This document shows positions 27,296-40,990 of a DNA stretch of 64,000 bases, piece by piece. How positions within the stretch are numbered: the first letter of the stretch is position 1; each line of letters begins with the position of its first letter. The position numbers and the translations under genes are program-made. The notes beneath the pieces are model-generated. The model made no database searches, had not been told where the DNA came from, and saw only the letters and a list, made by a program, of their open reading frames with translations. The stretch covers positions 57,474,001-57,538,000 of the forward strand of contig OX597827.1 in the NCBI GenBank assembly GCA_951406725.2, written 5' to 3'. The stretch comes from Octopus vulgaris (lineage: Eukaryota).

Positions 27296-27657
27296 CTTTT
27301 ATTTGTTTCAGTCATCTCATTCCAGCCAAACTGGAGCACTGCCTTTAGTCAAAGAAATTGACCCTAGGACTTATTCTTTGTAAGCCTAGTTCTTATTCTA
27401 TCAATCACTTTTTCCAAACCCCTAAGTTATGGGGATGTAAACACACCAACATCAGTTGTCAAGTGATGGTGGGAGGACAAACTCAGACACACACACATGT
27501 ATACGACAGGCTTCTTTCAGTTTCCAACTATTAAATCCTCTCATAAGGCTTTGGTCGGCCTGAGGCTATAGTGGAAAACATTTGCCCAAGGTGCCACACA
27601 GGACTATAAACACAGAACCATGTGATTGGGAAGCAAGCTTCATATCAAACAGCCACC
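27296..27657 (-). mobile_element. tRNA-derived SINE family A
   Basis: Identity to other copies; another partial copy at 28297-28598. Confidence 0.8.
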
Positions 27658-28465
27658 TGTGTGTGTGTGTGTGTGTGTGTGTAATCACAGAACCTTACAT
27701 TCATAATAAGTTATAGAACTTCAGTTCACAAAGATTATCTTTGCTTTGTGAGAACAAATGAGGTATTTTAAATCTAAGATAAAAAGCAAGCAAAAGCCAG
27801 CAAGGGAGATAACTTCAATAACAACAAACGCAATTATTAGGAAATAACGATAGTGCAGCAAGGAGTGGATCTAGTCCTTTAAAGCCAAAAATGGCGCTTA
27901 CTAGTTCTCATCAGCAAAGCATGCCCATTTCAGCTAATTAGAGTTAGAAGTGATCGAATGTATAGAGAGAGAGAGAGAAACGCAGGGGAAATAATGATGC
28001 TGATTATGTGTGTCAACAATTGGAGAAGAAACTACAGACTGTTTTGCATTATACACACACACAAACACACACATGTATGCATGTACATGTGTGTTTACAT
28101 ATAATCACTATCAATGTTTTAATATCCACATTTCCATGCTTGCATGGCTCAGAGTTAAATAGTAATAAAATTTTTAGTAGAAAAAAAAATTTCAGTTGTG
28201 TGTATGTAAATTACTAACAACCAAAATTTTTATCTTCTACTAAAAATTTTATTTCTATATATATATGTGTGTGTGTATATATATATATATATATTCTTAT
28301 ATTTGTTTCAGTCACTTGACTGCAGCTATGCTGGAGCACCACTCTTAGTCAAACAAATTGACCCCAGGACTTATTCTTTGTGGTCTCTTTTGCCGAAGCA
28401 CTAAGTTACAGGGACGTAAACACACCAACATCGGTTATCATGCGATGGTGGAGGGACAAACACAG

Positions 28466-28510
<45 letters not shown>

Positions 28511-28887
28511 CAACAAGCTCTTTTCAGTTTCCATGTACCAAATCCACTCACAAAGCTTAGGTCGTCCCAAGGCTATAGTAGAAGACACTTACCCAAGGTA
28601 TAGCATAGGTGGGGGTGGGGGGCTCCGAAAGGGGCCTCAGGGAGTAGCATCCCTGCCTCCCTGAACTAGTTTCCCACCACATTTCTTAAAAATCGTGGTA
28701 GAGACCTTGGTCTCGAGACCACTCAAGTCTAGAAACTGAGGTTAGGGTAAGCAAGAACATGCTCCCCATAGAAAATCCAGCTTTGAGAAAGCCTCATGGT
28801 GTAAAGGCGGTTACTATGGCATTGAGGTAGATCAAGCCACCCCCGTTAACAGGGAAAAAACGGGATTTAAAACATTGGTTGATGATG

Positions 28888-28927
<40 letters not shown>

Positions 28928-28930
<3 letters not shown>

Positions 28931-29139
28931 CTGGGTACTGAAAAAGTTCATGCCTTTAACGATATCGTGAAAGGCCTGGTTAGAGGCCCAACTTTCTGAG
29001 TTATTTTACAGGATTTAGAAAAACTGAAGGACTGCTGCAATAAGTGTGTGAATCTGAGAGGGGAATATGTTGAATAAAATCATAACTAATCCTCCAGTAT
29101 TTTCTTTTACCCAAAGCCAGGAACTTTTCAGTCTCTCAT
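28928..29139 (+). mobile_element. Non-autonomous mariner derivative
   Basis: Encodes the mariner C-terminus GLEKLKDCCNKCVNLRGEYVE*; imperfect TIRs; inserted at the end of (TA)n. Confidence 0.65.
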
Positions 29140-29560
29140 ACATAGTATAATGAAGTGAAAAGCTTCAATTAATTGAAATTAGAAATACAAAAATCTCCTT
29201 GAAACCCCTAAAAGATATAAAAGAAAAAGCAAGGAAGATAACTCCTATAATATCAGATAATCCAAATTTTAGGTAAATAAAAATAATATATATACAACTA
29301 GGCTAATCTTTTCTTTTATACCAATAACAATGAACTTATAAATGAATGAATGGATGAATGAATGAAGGAACATATAGATGTTTCTGTTTGTATATGTCCA
29401 CCTTATACACATGCACATATGAACATGCACGCACACACATACATACACACACACAAATATAATGTGTTTATGAAATTAAATTATCAAAAATTGCAGTTCA
29501 AAATATAAATAACCATAACAAAGTCTGTACAATTTGTTTAGTTCAATTCTGCTAGCGTGA

Positions 29561-30102
29561 TCAAGAAATATGAATTTTTTTGGTCTGTATAGGTTTTTCT
29601 ACAGCACTAACAGTTAATGGCCACATCCCACCAAGTATACCTGCCTGGATGGAAACACCAATGGCTACAGCTAGTTCCGGCTCGACTGACGTATTTGGAT
29701 CTTTGTTGAAATACTCTTTAATGAGTTCCCGGACCCTTGGTATTCGAGTCGATCCGCCAACCAAAACAACATCATGCACTTCCTGGCGATCCATAAGTAC
29801 CGTTTTCAGTACAGAATCAATAGGGTCTAGCACTTTCTTAAATAAGTCAGCATTGAGATTTTCAAAGTGTTGTCTCGTGACAGTGGTCTGGAATGTTGGT
29901 GAACCTTGAAAGGAGGTGATTTTCATGCTGATGTCTGTTGACAAATTGTTGGTCAGCTTCAATTTAGCATCCTCTACTTGAAAACGCAGTGTCTGTCTGT
30001 CTGTCTTGTCTTCTAACTGTTTGTTGAATTGTTTACTGATCAAATCCAGCATGTGGTCAGTAAGCCGTTGGTTAAAATCTTGTCCGCCTAAACGGTTATT
30101 AC
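29561..30102 (-). CDS. HSPA13: Heat shock 70 kDa protein 13, coding exon 7 (last)
   Basis: GNNRLGGQDFNQRL...VLVGGSTRIPRVR...VSIQAGILGGMWPLTVSAVE; TTTTCAG acceptor; TGA at 29561-29563. Confidence 0.95.
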
Positions 30103-30862
30103 CTGAAAAGTATAGTAAAGATAGGAAATATTTCTTTTGCAGAGCATTTGGTTCTGGTTTAAGTAATACAAACCCTATAATTTAACCATCAAATTGTAGT
30201 CCCTTGCACATTTACTACTTAAAATAGTCCATTTACCATTAAAATGTAATTGCTTACATTTATATAACAACTGTTGTTATCATTAGGCCTAACTCACCGT
30301 AAAGTCAATACCACCATGACTGATATCCAAACTACAGTGGAGAAGGCTAACCACTGGATTTGGTTAAAAAGAGACGATGAGCGATGGCTGGAAGAATATT
30401 GAGCTTTATTTGATAACCAGCTGATCTAGCAAGCGGGGCCTCATATCAGTTAGGGGTGCTGGAGCGCATTGATGCTGTCAAGAGGTAGGCCCCGAAATGG
30501 CACACATTCACTCCTGATGACCCCATACACTTGCTGGCTTCTGGTATGCGGAGTTTTTGACTGGTAGCACTTGCATGTGCAAGTTGTTTGCAAGACATTT
30601 ATATACCCAAATGTAATTTCTAACATTAACCCTTTAAATGTAATGCCCTACTCTCACATTTACCCTGCAAATGTAGTCAAATGTAGTCCTTTGTACTCAC
30701 ATTTACCCCACCAAAAGTAGTCTTGCACTCATAATTATACCAAATGCAATCCCTCACACTTAGCCCTGAAATATAGTTCCTTAGACTTATGCCATCTCAC
30801 CCTAACTGTAGTACTTACATTCACTCTCCAAATTGTAGTCCCTTACAGCCATATTGGCATCT

Positions 30863-31090
30863 TAACCCTTTTGTTATCAACCCAGCTGAAACCAGCTCTG
30901 GCTCTGTAGTACAAACGCCTTGTTTTCATAAGTTTTGAATTAAAATCTTCCACCAAACTTTAGTCACAATTTATGTTCCTAACATTAGCTGAATGATAAC
31001 TAAGTTATTTTACTAAATTCTTTGTTATATTTAAAGTAATTGAAAGAAAAACAAAGCATCTCAAAATAAATACAGTAACGAAAGGGTTAA
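30863..31090. mobile_element. piggyBac-type MITE family 1
   Basis: TTAA-CCCTTT.GTTA...GTAACGAAAGGG-TTAA; further copies at 32546-32774 and 58907-59135. Confidence 0.75.
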
Positions 31091-31291
31091 GTGTGATCCC
31101 GTAACCTTCTAGCATTCAAATTATTGTCTCATGTAATGCTTATTCATTCACTGTTTTAAATTAATCATGCATTATTTCATAGCTATGAGATTTAGGTGAT
31201 GCTGTTTAATTTTAGAATTGTAGGATAGGTGTGAGGTCAAACATAGCTGATCTGAACATAAAACAAAACATTTGGACCTAAAAGGTTAAAT

Positions 31292-31575
31292 GGATAGGGC
31301 AGCGGACTCATGGTCAGAGGATCATGGTTTTGATTCCCAGATCAGGCGTTGTGTGCTTATTGAGCGAAAACACCTAAAATCTCCACGAGGCTCTGGCAGG
31401 GGGTAGTGGCAACCCCTGTTGTACTCTTTCCTCCCAACTTTCTCTCACTCTTTTTTTCTGGTTCTTGGGTAACACTGCGATGGACTGGCGTCCCGTCCAG
31501 CTCGGGGGAACACATACGCCACAGAAACCAGGAAACCAGGCCCATGAGCCTGGCTAGGCTTGAAAAGGGTGCATA
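31292..31575 (+). mobile_element. tRNA-derived SINE (family C head, alternative tail)
   Basis: Head matches the 7189-7579 element; tail matches 44590-44690. Confidence 0.7.
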
Positions 31576-31635
31576 AAAAAATATAAAGGGCTAAAGCAAC
31601 AATTTACAGTTTACCATTTCAATAATTTACAGTTT

Positions 31636-31816
31636 TAACCTTTAACAGTCGGACTATTCTGTTAAATGTAATGCTTATTCATTCACATTGTTTCCGATTA
31701 ATCATGCATTATCTTGTAGCTTTGAGATTTCAATCCTGTGTTTGCATATTTTTGAAATGACTTTATAGGATAAGAATGAGATAGGATCTGGTTGGTTTAA
31801 ATGCTAAAGGGTTAAA
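31636..31816. mobile_element. piggyBac-type MITE family 2
   Basis: TTAACCTTT...GCTAAAGGGTTAA; related copies near 31103, 32110-32388, 37125-37679, 43264, 58634-58853. Confidence 0.6.
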
Positions 31817-32288
31817 TCAGGAGTTATCCTACCAAAACACAGTTGCATACAGCAACAATTTCAGCAAAAATTTAGCCCCTTATATCAGCAGTTACCCCAA
31901 ATGTACAGCTCTTTCCACAAATATCTACCAAGAAAGAGGAGGAGGATATGAAAAAATTAAATTATATAAACTGATATTATAAATCCTACTCAACATTTTT
32001 TTTTATGGATTAAACAGAGAAAAGATAGTAGCCATGGTTTTTTATCCAGAGTATCCAAGACTGAGTTAGAAACAGATCTGGCCTTAATGCTTCCAACAGA
32101 ATGTACTCAACCATTTGGCATATAAACTGGCCATATTTGGCCCAAATATTCTACCTGCTTTATGTTCAAACTAGCCAAATCTAGTCTTTCACACTTACAC
32201 AACAATGTCATTCTAAAATATACAATCACATCATTGAAATCTCAAGGCTACAAGACAATGCATGAGTAATTCAAAATAATGTGAATAC

Positions 32289-32347
<59 letters not shown>

Positions 32348-32890
32348 CATTACATTTGACAGAATGATCTGAATCTCAAAGAATTAAACATACTCAAGGG
32401 CCAGGAAGTGGTGTTGACCAGATAACAGTTTAAGTTTACCACCAAAGAATAGTCCATTATTAAGACTTTCTCTCAGTTTCCTTTTAATCAATTTCATTTA
32501 CAAAGTTTGGATTAACAAGACTCTATGATGGTGAAAAATACTTGCTTAACCCTTTTGTTACCAACCCGGCTGAAACCGGCTCTGGCACTGTAGTACAAAT
32601 GTCTTGTTTTCGTAAGTTTTTAATTAAAATCTTCCACCAAACCTTAGTCACAAATACTGTTTTCAACACTAGCTTAATGATAACTCAGTTATTTTACAAA
32701 ATTCTTTATTATATCTAAAATAATTGAGAGAAACACAGAACATGTCAAAATAAATACGGTAACGAAAGGGTTAAAGAGCTGTAAACCTTGAACAAAAGAA
32801 CTGCAAAGTGAACTTCTTAATCACAATGCTGAGAACTCCCATGTTCTGTGATTAGTAGTTGAGTATGAAGTAAGTATTAATGATTCTTAC

Positions 32891-33061
32891 CAGCCATTGC
32901 AAGGGTCAAAAACATTCCCCCTTGCACATTGAGCAAGGAAACATCTAGCGTTCCACCACCTAGATCTACGACAATTATATAGCGAAGACTTGGTGCACTG
33001 TGGAAACCATAAGCCATAGCAGCAGCTGTAGGTTCATTGATTATCCGCATCACTTGAAGAC
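32891..33061 (-). CDS. HSPA13: HSPA13 coding exon 6
   Basis: [19 protein letters not shown]...[26 protein letters not shown]; AG/GT boundaries in frame. Confidence 0.95.
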
Positions 33062-34149
33062 CTGAAAGGGAGTGTATTTTGTCATTACAAGGAAATGCCA
33101 AAATAGAGAAAATATTACAATAGCAAGTAAAATATTCACATAGTAGAATGAAAGTGAGATGATGTTACATTGGAAAATGTATATTTTAACAAATAACTAG
33201 TGCTAGTTCCTCATCATTATCATTGTTTTAACTTCCACTTTTTTCATGCTTACATGAATTGGACAGAATTTATTGAGGCAGATTTATGATGACCTGATGC
33301 TCTTCCTGTCACCAACCCTCACCTGCTTCCAAACACAGTAATGTTTCCTCCATCGCCAGATATGTTTACAGAAAAAACTGAAAATGAAGAAAACTGCTTA
33401 CATGACAGTGACACTCATTTACAACTGTTACGTAATGTCAAGACAAGGAGACATTACTACACATCACACGCATGTATGCACTCACTCACACACAAACAAA
33501 CACAAAGAGCTTCTTTCAGTTTCTTATTTCTGCCCACAAGGGGCTACACACAGAGGGGACAAACAAAGGGATTAAGTCGATTATATAGACCCCAGTGTTT
33601 AACTGGTACTTATTTAATCGACTCCAGAAGGATAAAAGGCAAAGTCAGCCTCGGTGGAATTTAAACTCAGAATGTAGCGACAGACGAAATACTGCTAAGA
33701 ATTTTCGCCCAGCATGCTAACGTTTCTGCCAGCTCACCGCCTTTCAGTTTCTGTCTACAAAATACATTCGCAATATTTTGGTTAGCTCAGAGCTATAGTA
33801 GAAGGCACTTGCCCAAAGTGTCACACAGTGGGACTGAACATGGAACTATGTGATTGAGAAACAAACTTCTCCCTACACAGAGATGCCAGCATCAAGTTAA
33901 TGATTTTAGCTCAATAGAGGCGATTAATTGGTTAAAATTCGAAAAATTAAACTACGTTAAACAAACAAATTACAATTTTCTCAAGAAAGCCAAGACAAAA
34001 AAATGTTTTATTTTGACACATTTTACCAGTATACGAAGTTTAAAAGTGTTTAGTTAACTAGAAATTGTGTTGAAAACTGCCGTTCAAAAGGAAAAGATCC
34101 AACGATTGTATGCCAAAATAACCTTCTTACAACATCCTATCTCCTTCAT

Positions 34150-34617
34150 TTTTGACTGGGCAATATGCTTGAGAAGATCTGTTGAGTCAAGTAAAACCAA
34201 AATCATAGTTGTGGCCAGTGACCCTTGACTGGGTCCCGTGCCGTTGGCATGTAAAAAGCACCATTTTAGCATGGTCAATGCTAGGTCTGCCTGACTGGCT
34301 CCCGTGCCGGTGGTACATAAAAAGCAGCATCCGAACCGTAGCCAATGACAGTGCCCCCTGACTGACTCCTGTGCCAATGGCATGTAAAAAGCACTATCCA
34401 AACACAATTGATGCCAGGCCCACCTGGCTGGCTCCTGTGCTGGTGGCACATAAAAAGCACCCACAACACACTCGGAGTGGTTGGTGTTAGGAAGGGCATC
34501 CAACTGTAGAAATATTGCCAGATCAGATTGAAACCTAGTGCAGTTGCTGGCTTTCCAGACCTCAGTTAAACCATCAAACCCATGCCAGCATGGAAAATGG
34601 ACGTTAAACAATGACGA
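34150..34617 (+). mobile_element. RTE-tail non-autonomous retroelement with internal subrepeats
   Basis: Repeated TGGCA.RTAAAAAGCAC units; tail CCCATGCCAGCATGGAAAATGGACGTTAAA; inverse copy at 57842-58360. Confidence 0.65.
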
Positions 34618-35232
34618 TACATATATACATATACATACATATATTAAACTGTGGTTGCAGAACAAACAAAAAGAAAAAAAAATTTCTAAACGATGAACTT
34701 TTATCTGACCTTATATATATATTATATATTACTTATTTATATGCTTCCTATATTTATATATGTATTTTTATATATCTATATATTTATATATTTCTTATAT
34801 TTTTATTTTTATTATTCTAGGTGTTGTAATGTTTTTAAAAAAATATATATTTCTTAATCACTAAAGTATTAATCGTTAACTTTTAACCGAGATGAACTGT
34901 ATTCAAGCATTTTTCTTGTATTTTCTTATATGATTGTACTGATGAGTTGTGTTTCATCTTCCGTGATGTTATACATGTAAATTCTATATGAAAGAAAAAG
35001 CATTATGTGATTAAATGTTCGAGATATGAAATGTTACGTGGATGACCTTGTATTTGTTTGTTCTGCAACCACAGTTTAATATATTTGTCTCATTTAATTG
35101 AGCACTTCTATAACAGTCCTATTAAACATTTTGTTCCTGATAAGAAACAATTACTGTATTATTGATATACATATATATATACATGTATGTATACACACAC
35201 ACACACACAAATATGCAGGAAACAAAATATAC

Positions 35233-35452
35233 CAAGGAGATTTGCTGATTTCCTCGTGTAATTCCGTTGCATTTCATCAAATTCCGCTGGTACAGAGATG
35301 ACAACTTTCTTAACAGCAACTGACAAGTTCCGGTCTGCAGCTGCAACTAGAGTTCGAAGAAGAACGCTGCTAATTTCTTCAGGTGTCTTGTATGTTAGGT
35401 TGTTATTAACATTGATGTGGAACACAGGATATTTACCATTCCTTAAAGACAT
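35233..35452 (-). CDS. HSPA13: HSPA13 coding exon 5
   Basis: MSLRNGKYPVF...TPEEISSVLL...VISVPAEFDEMQRNYTRKSANLLG; canonical splice sites. Confidence 0.95.
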
Positions 35453-35548
35453 CTGAAAAACAAAATGGAGATGTTGAATCGGAAGAGATATAGTAAACAT
35501 TTTACTTTTATGTAAATAACTACATATCAGGGAATTATTTCATTTTTT

Positions 35549-35918
35549 TTTACTTGTTTCAGTCATTTGACTGTGGCCATGTGGCATGTAGTTGAGCAAT
35601 TCAACCCCAGGACTCATTCTTTGTAAGCCTAGTACTTATTCTATCGGTGTCTTTTGCCAAACCGCTAAGTTACAGGGGACGTAAACACACCACCATCAGT
35701 TGTCAAGCGATGTTAGGGGGGATAAACATAGACACACAAACATATACATATATATGATGGGCTTCTTTCAGTTTCCATCTACCAAATCCACTCACAAGGC
35801 TTTGGTCGGCCTGAGGCTATAGTAGAAGACACTTGCCCAAGGTGCCACACAGTGGGACTGAGCCCGGAACCATGTGGTTGGTAAGCAACCTACTTACCAC
35901 ACAGCCACTCCTGCACCT
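35549..35918 (-). mobile_element. tRNA-derived SINE family A
   Basis: Identity to other copies. Confidence 0.85.
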
Positions 35919-36624
35919 AATTGGTATAGGATTAAATAAAGACACATACAAGAGGCAGATGGAAAGATGTGTAATAAAGGCAGTAAGATTTTGGGGGACA
36001 GGCAAGCAGACAAACAAATACAAAGATAGTAAAGTGAGCAGGCAAGCATGTAGACAGACATAAGCACATATAAGGACATGTAGAGGCATTGTAAAAGAAA
36101 AACAAAGGGGAAACATGTACAGTTGATCAGAGGGTTGGAGATATACATACACTCACTAAAGACAGGTAGAATAACAAATATTTATAACAGTGAATAACAA
36201 ATATTTATAAAGCTGTTGGTCTTGCTCACCATGATTATCAACCATATAGCACCACATTTTTCATATATCCACACTGGGCATGCAGACAAACAAATACAAA
36301 GATAGTTATGGAAAGAAAGAAATTCTTGACATTGAAGCCACTTCACAGTGTGTGCAACAAAAGAAGAAGAAATTTCATTTGAAGAGTTATACACAACAGA
36401 ATAGATGCGGTTATCAATATGGAGATGTGTTTTTCATCATTTTTATCTCAGAGACTCAATTTTTTCAGGTCAAACCTACCTGTTTCATAAAAAGTCTTGG
36501 TTCAATCTACCTATCCTCTATATATCTTTACACACATTTTGTGCCACTTTTACTTAACAAGCATTATTGTTCTACATCGTGTGCACTAAAAATAACTCTG
36601 AAGCTTATTAATGAAATACAACCA

Positions 36625-36968
36625 ACGTGGCATCTTGGGCAAGTGTCTTCTGCTATAGCCCCGGGCCGACCAATGCCTTGTGAGTGGATTTGGTAGACGG
36701 AAACTGAAAGAAGCCTGTCGTATATATGTGTATATATATATATATATGTGCGTGCGTGTTTGTGTGTCTGTGTTTGTCCCCCTAGCATTGCTTGACAACC
36801 GATGCTGGTGTGTTTACGTCCCCGTCACTTAGTGGTTCGGCAAAAGAGACTGATAGAATAAGTACTGGGCTTACAAAGAATAAGTCCTGGGGTCGATTTG
36901 CTCGACTAAAGGCGGTGCTCCAGCATGGCTGCAGTCAAATGACTGAAACAAGTAAAAGAGAGTAAGAG
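36625..36968 (+). mobile_element. tRNA-derived SINE family A, 5'-truncated
   Basis: Identity to other copies. Confidence 0.85.
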
Positions 36969-37177
36969 AGAGAGAGTCTCTGTTGTATTCACCCTCAGTT
37001 TGCTTGCTTATTTGCATTTGTTCATCTGAATAACAAATATTTATAAAGCTGTTGGTCTTGCTCACCATGATTAACAACCACATAGCACCACATTTTTTCA
37101 TATGCCCATACTGGGTGCAGGCATGACCCTTTAGCATTTAAGCCAGCCATACCCAACCAAAATATTCTGCTTATTTT

Positions 37178-37545
37178 ATGTTCAAACTGGTCAAATCCAG
37201 TTTCTAACACCTGAATGTTCAAACTGGTCAAATCCAGTTTCTAACACCTGAATGTTCAAACTGGTCAAATCCAGTTTCTAACACCTGAATGTTCAAACTG
37301 GCCAAATTCAGATTCTAACACCTGAATGTTCAAACTGGTCAAATCTAGTTTCTAACACCTGAATGTTCAAACTGGTAAAATCTAGTTTCTAACACCTGAA
37401 TGTTCAAACTGGTCAAATCCAGTTTCTAACACCTGAATGTTCAAACTGGTCAAATCCAGTTTCTAACACCTGAATGTTCAAACTGGTCAAATCCAGTTTC
37501 TAACACCTGAATGTTCAAACTGGCCAAATTCAGATTCTAACACCT
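37178..37545. repeat. Minisatellite, ~10 x 37 bp, inside a piggyBac-type MITE
   Basis: Unit ATGTTCAAACTGGTCAAATCCAGTTTCTAACACCTGA. Confidence 0.95.
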
Positions 37546-38303
37546 ATCCAACAATCCCAAAGTAAGCAATCACATCAAGAAAATCTCAAAGCTATGAGAA
37601 ACACATGATTACTTCAAATCAATGAGGAAAAATAAGAATTACATTTGACAGAGTAAGCTGAATGACTAAGAAGGGTTAAACAAGTTTTCATCTCAACTAC
37701 ATTGTTTCAAAATTGATCCAATTACACAGTACTTTTAGCAAGTGTCTCCTACCAAAGCTTCCGGTGAGTCAAAAATACTTGTGAATGAAATTTGGGAGAT
37801 GAAAATCGTAAGGAAGCCAGTGGGAGAGATCATTAGGATTCTTTGGTGGTAAACTCAATCCAGCTACCAGTTTAAGATCATCATCTGACTATTGTGTGCC
37901 TTTAATGAATCCTACAACGCTGCAATAAATCAGGTCTCCAGTCTAAGGATAGCTTTTACTCTTCTTCCTACAAGTCTCAAAGACCCTGAAACATCATGGG
38001 ACTTAGACACTTTTGCATCTGGTTAAAAAAATTAAATTTTATTCTGCAGAAGGTGAATTAAGATTTATATCTGAGACGATGTTACCAACAGTATTACTTG
38101 CAGAAACAATACTACTAAAGTAACACAATTTAGTGACTATCCAGCATACTAACTAAGCCGTCCTGAGCTAGTCTCAAAAGTTAATTGTACCAATGCCTGT
38201 GGTTCCCCCTCTATCTAGCTAAGATCCTACTGAACTTAATTTTAAACCAACACAACAGGAAGACAAAATTTGTTTCAGTTACACAAGATTTAATTGAACA
38301 AAC

Positions 38304-38448
38304 CTGAAATGGGTAGTGTTTCTGAATTTCAGCAAGTTCTTCAGGAGTAAAATGTCTCCCTATAAAGCGCTTGCTATCATAGATGGTATTCTTGGGGTTG
38401 TACTCTGCCTGGGCTACAGCATCATAACCAACATAAACACCACTTTCA
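38304..38448 (-). CDS. HSPA13: HSPA13 coding exon 4
   Basis: ESGVYVGYDAVAQAEYNPKNTIYDSKRFIGRHF...YPFQ; phase-compatible splice sites. Confidence 0.95.
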
Positions 38449-38748
38449 CTAAAATAAAACAAAATGGCACAGATACAAAATAGGCAAACCAACTCATTTT
38501 TAATTTAGAAATGAAAAGATAAAATTTACTTTAACAATAAAGTTTCCACTTTTATAATTTATATTTATTTATTAATAAGCCCTTCAAATTTTTCAAATTT
38601 ACAGCTGGCTATCATAAATATTTTAACATGGAATTCTAATGTCATAGAATTAACACTTTCAAAACTTTCAAGAGTGCAGGCAAGGATCATTCATTCACAA
38701 TCACAAACACACATAAGTACTAAAGAGACATGTTCACACAGAACATAA

Positions 38749-39030
38749 GTGGAGGCACATGGCCTAGTGGTTAGAGCAGCGGACTCGCAGGTTCGAAACT
38801 CAGACTGGGCAATGTGTGTGTTTATGAGTGAAACACTTAAGCTCCATGCGGCTCCGGCAGAAGGTAATGGTGAACTTCTGCTGACTCTTTTGCCACAATT
38901 TTCTCTCACTCTTGCAGCTCATCTGCGATGGACCGGCGTCCCATCCAGGTGGGGAACCTATACACCAAGGAAACCAGGAAACCAGCCCTTATGAGCCAGG
39001 TATGGCTCAAGAAGGAACAAACAAACAAAA
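38749..39030 (+). mobile_element. tRNA-derived SINE family C
   Basis: Head GTGGAGGCACATGGCCTAGTGG; sibling copy at 39403-39700. Confidence 0.8.
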
Positions 39031-40015
39031 AGAACATAAGTGCAGGGGCATACATCTACACATATGCACACCCTAGCTCCACTACATATTTATACAACAC
39101 ACCACCTGATCCAAGAAAAAAACCCACAATCCTGTGATTGTTTACACCCACAACCACTAGGTCACGCATCTTTACTATATATGTGTGTGTGTTTCTGTTA
39201 TGGGAGAATCTTGTACATCCGCACATGACTGAAAGAGGACTATCGAATTTCAATAAATAAAGAACTGTGTGAACTATCAGGGGCAGTTGACAGTGTTGGT
39301 TTCTGTGTTAGTGCAACATGTGCTGGTTTAATACTGTACCTACATCCAAGTCATACAGAATGTGTTGTGTGTGAATATTTGGGTAATACTATTTTATACA
39401 CGTAGAGGCACATGGCCTAGTGGTTAGAGCAGTGGACTTGCAGTCGAGGGATAAGTGGGTTCGAATCTCAGACTAGGCTATGTGTGTGTTTATGAGCGAA
39501 AACACATAAGCTCCACGCGACTCCGGCAGAAGGCAATGGTGAACTTCTGCTGACTCTTTCGCCACAACTATCTCTCACTCTTTCCTCCTGCATCTAGCAG
39601 CTCACCTGCGACGGACTGGTGTCCCATCCAGGTGGGGAACCTATACGCCAAGGAAACCAGCTCTATGAGCCAGGGATGGCTTGAGAAGAAACAAACAACA
39701 ATTTTATGCACAATGTGTACACACACATCATAACAGTTTCTTTGTGCCTGTATTTGTTCCATTCACCATTTGACAACTGGTGTTGGTTTCTTTGTGTCCT
39801 CGTAACTTAGCAGCTCAGCAAAAGAGACTGACAAAATAAGTACCAGACTTTAAAAAAATTAAGTACAGCTGAGCTGTTTGACGAAAGCCCTTCAAGGCAG
39901 TGCCCCTAGCATGGCCACAGTCCAAAGTCTGAAAGAAGTAAAAGACTTAAGATAAAAGTGAAATAATCGCTAAAGGTTTAAGTAGAAAGAAGCAAAGAAA
40001 GAAAAGTCTTCTTAC

Positions 40016-40121
40016 TTGAATGCTACAACACTTGGGATACACTGCTGTTCATTTTGGACAGACAAAATATCTACTCTTCCAGACACTGCATGGTACATTC
40101 CAATACAGGAGTAGGTCGTAC
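40016..40121 (-). CDS. HSPA13: HSPA13 coding exon 3
   Basis: GTTYSCIGMYHAVSGRVDILSVQNEQQCIPSVVAF; AAG acceptor, GTAAG donor; 106 nt keeps the frame. Confidence 0.92.
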
Positions 40122-40157
40122 CTTTTGAAGATAATAAGAATAAGAATAATAACAAAC

Positions 40158-40198
<41 letters not shown>

Positions 40199-40221
40199 TG
40201 ATAATAAAAAAATGAAGAATG

Positions 40222-40454
40222 ATTTCAAATTTTGGCACAAGGCCAGCAATTTCAGAGGAGGGAATGAGTCAAATACATTGACCCCAGTACTCAACTGATA
40301 CTTATTTTATCAACCCAGAAAGAATGAAAGGCATAGTTGACCTCAGTGGAATTTGAACTCAGAAAGTAGCAGCTAACGAAATACTGCCAAGCATTTCACC
40401 CAGCGTGCTATTGGTTCTGCAAGCTTGCTGCCTTAAATGATGATGGTGATGATG

Positions 40455-40498
<44 letters not shown>

Positions 40499-40912
40499 CC
40501 TTTCTACTATAGGCACAAAGCCTGAGGTTTTGAGGGAAGAGACTAGTTCATTACATCAACCCCAGTGTTTCACTGGTACTTAATTTATTAATCCCAAAAG
40601 GATGGAAGGCCAAGTGAAATTTGAGCTCAGAATGTAAAGACAGACAAAATGCTGCTAAGCATTTTGCCTGACATACGATTCTGCCAGCTTGCCACCTTAA
40701 TAATTATAATAATGGTTTCAAATTTGGGCACAAGGCCAGCAATTTCAGGAGAGAGGGCTAAGTCAATTACATCGACCCCAGTGTTCAACTGGTACTTATT
40801 TTATCGACCCCGCCACCGAAAGGATGAAAGGCAAAGTTAACCATGGTGGAATTTGAACTCAAAATGTAAAGATGGATGGAATGCCACTGAACATTTTGTC
40901 TGGCACATTAAC
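40222..40912 (-). mobile_element. Three tandem family B SINE copies separated by (AAT)n
   Basis: Repeated GATGAAAGGCAAAG/CCCCAGTG core. Confidence 0.75.
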
Positions 40913-40934
40913 TCTTTGGACATACATACATACA

Positions 40935-40990
<56 letters not shown>

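Noticed and set aside
29580-29909. Plus-strand 109-aa ORF
   Set aside because: Antisense shadow of HSPA13 exon 7.
30180-30850. Degenerate ~29-bp ACATTTACC/AAATGTAGTCC repeats, and similar ones at 58420-58630
   Set aside because: Old decayed intronic minisatellites with no conserved spacer or structure.
39403-39480. SINE heads as tRNA genes
   Set aside because: They have A/B boxes but run into SINE bodies, and I could not fold a full cloverleaf.
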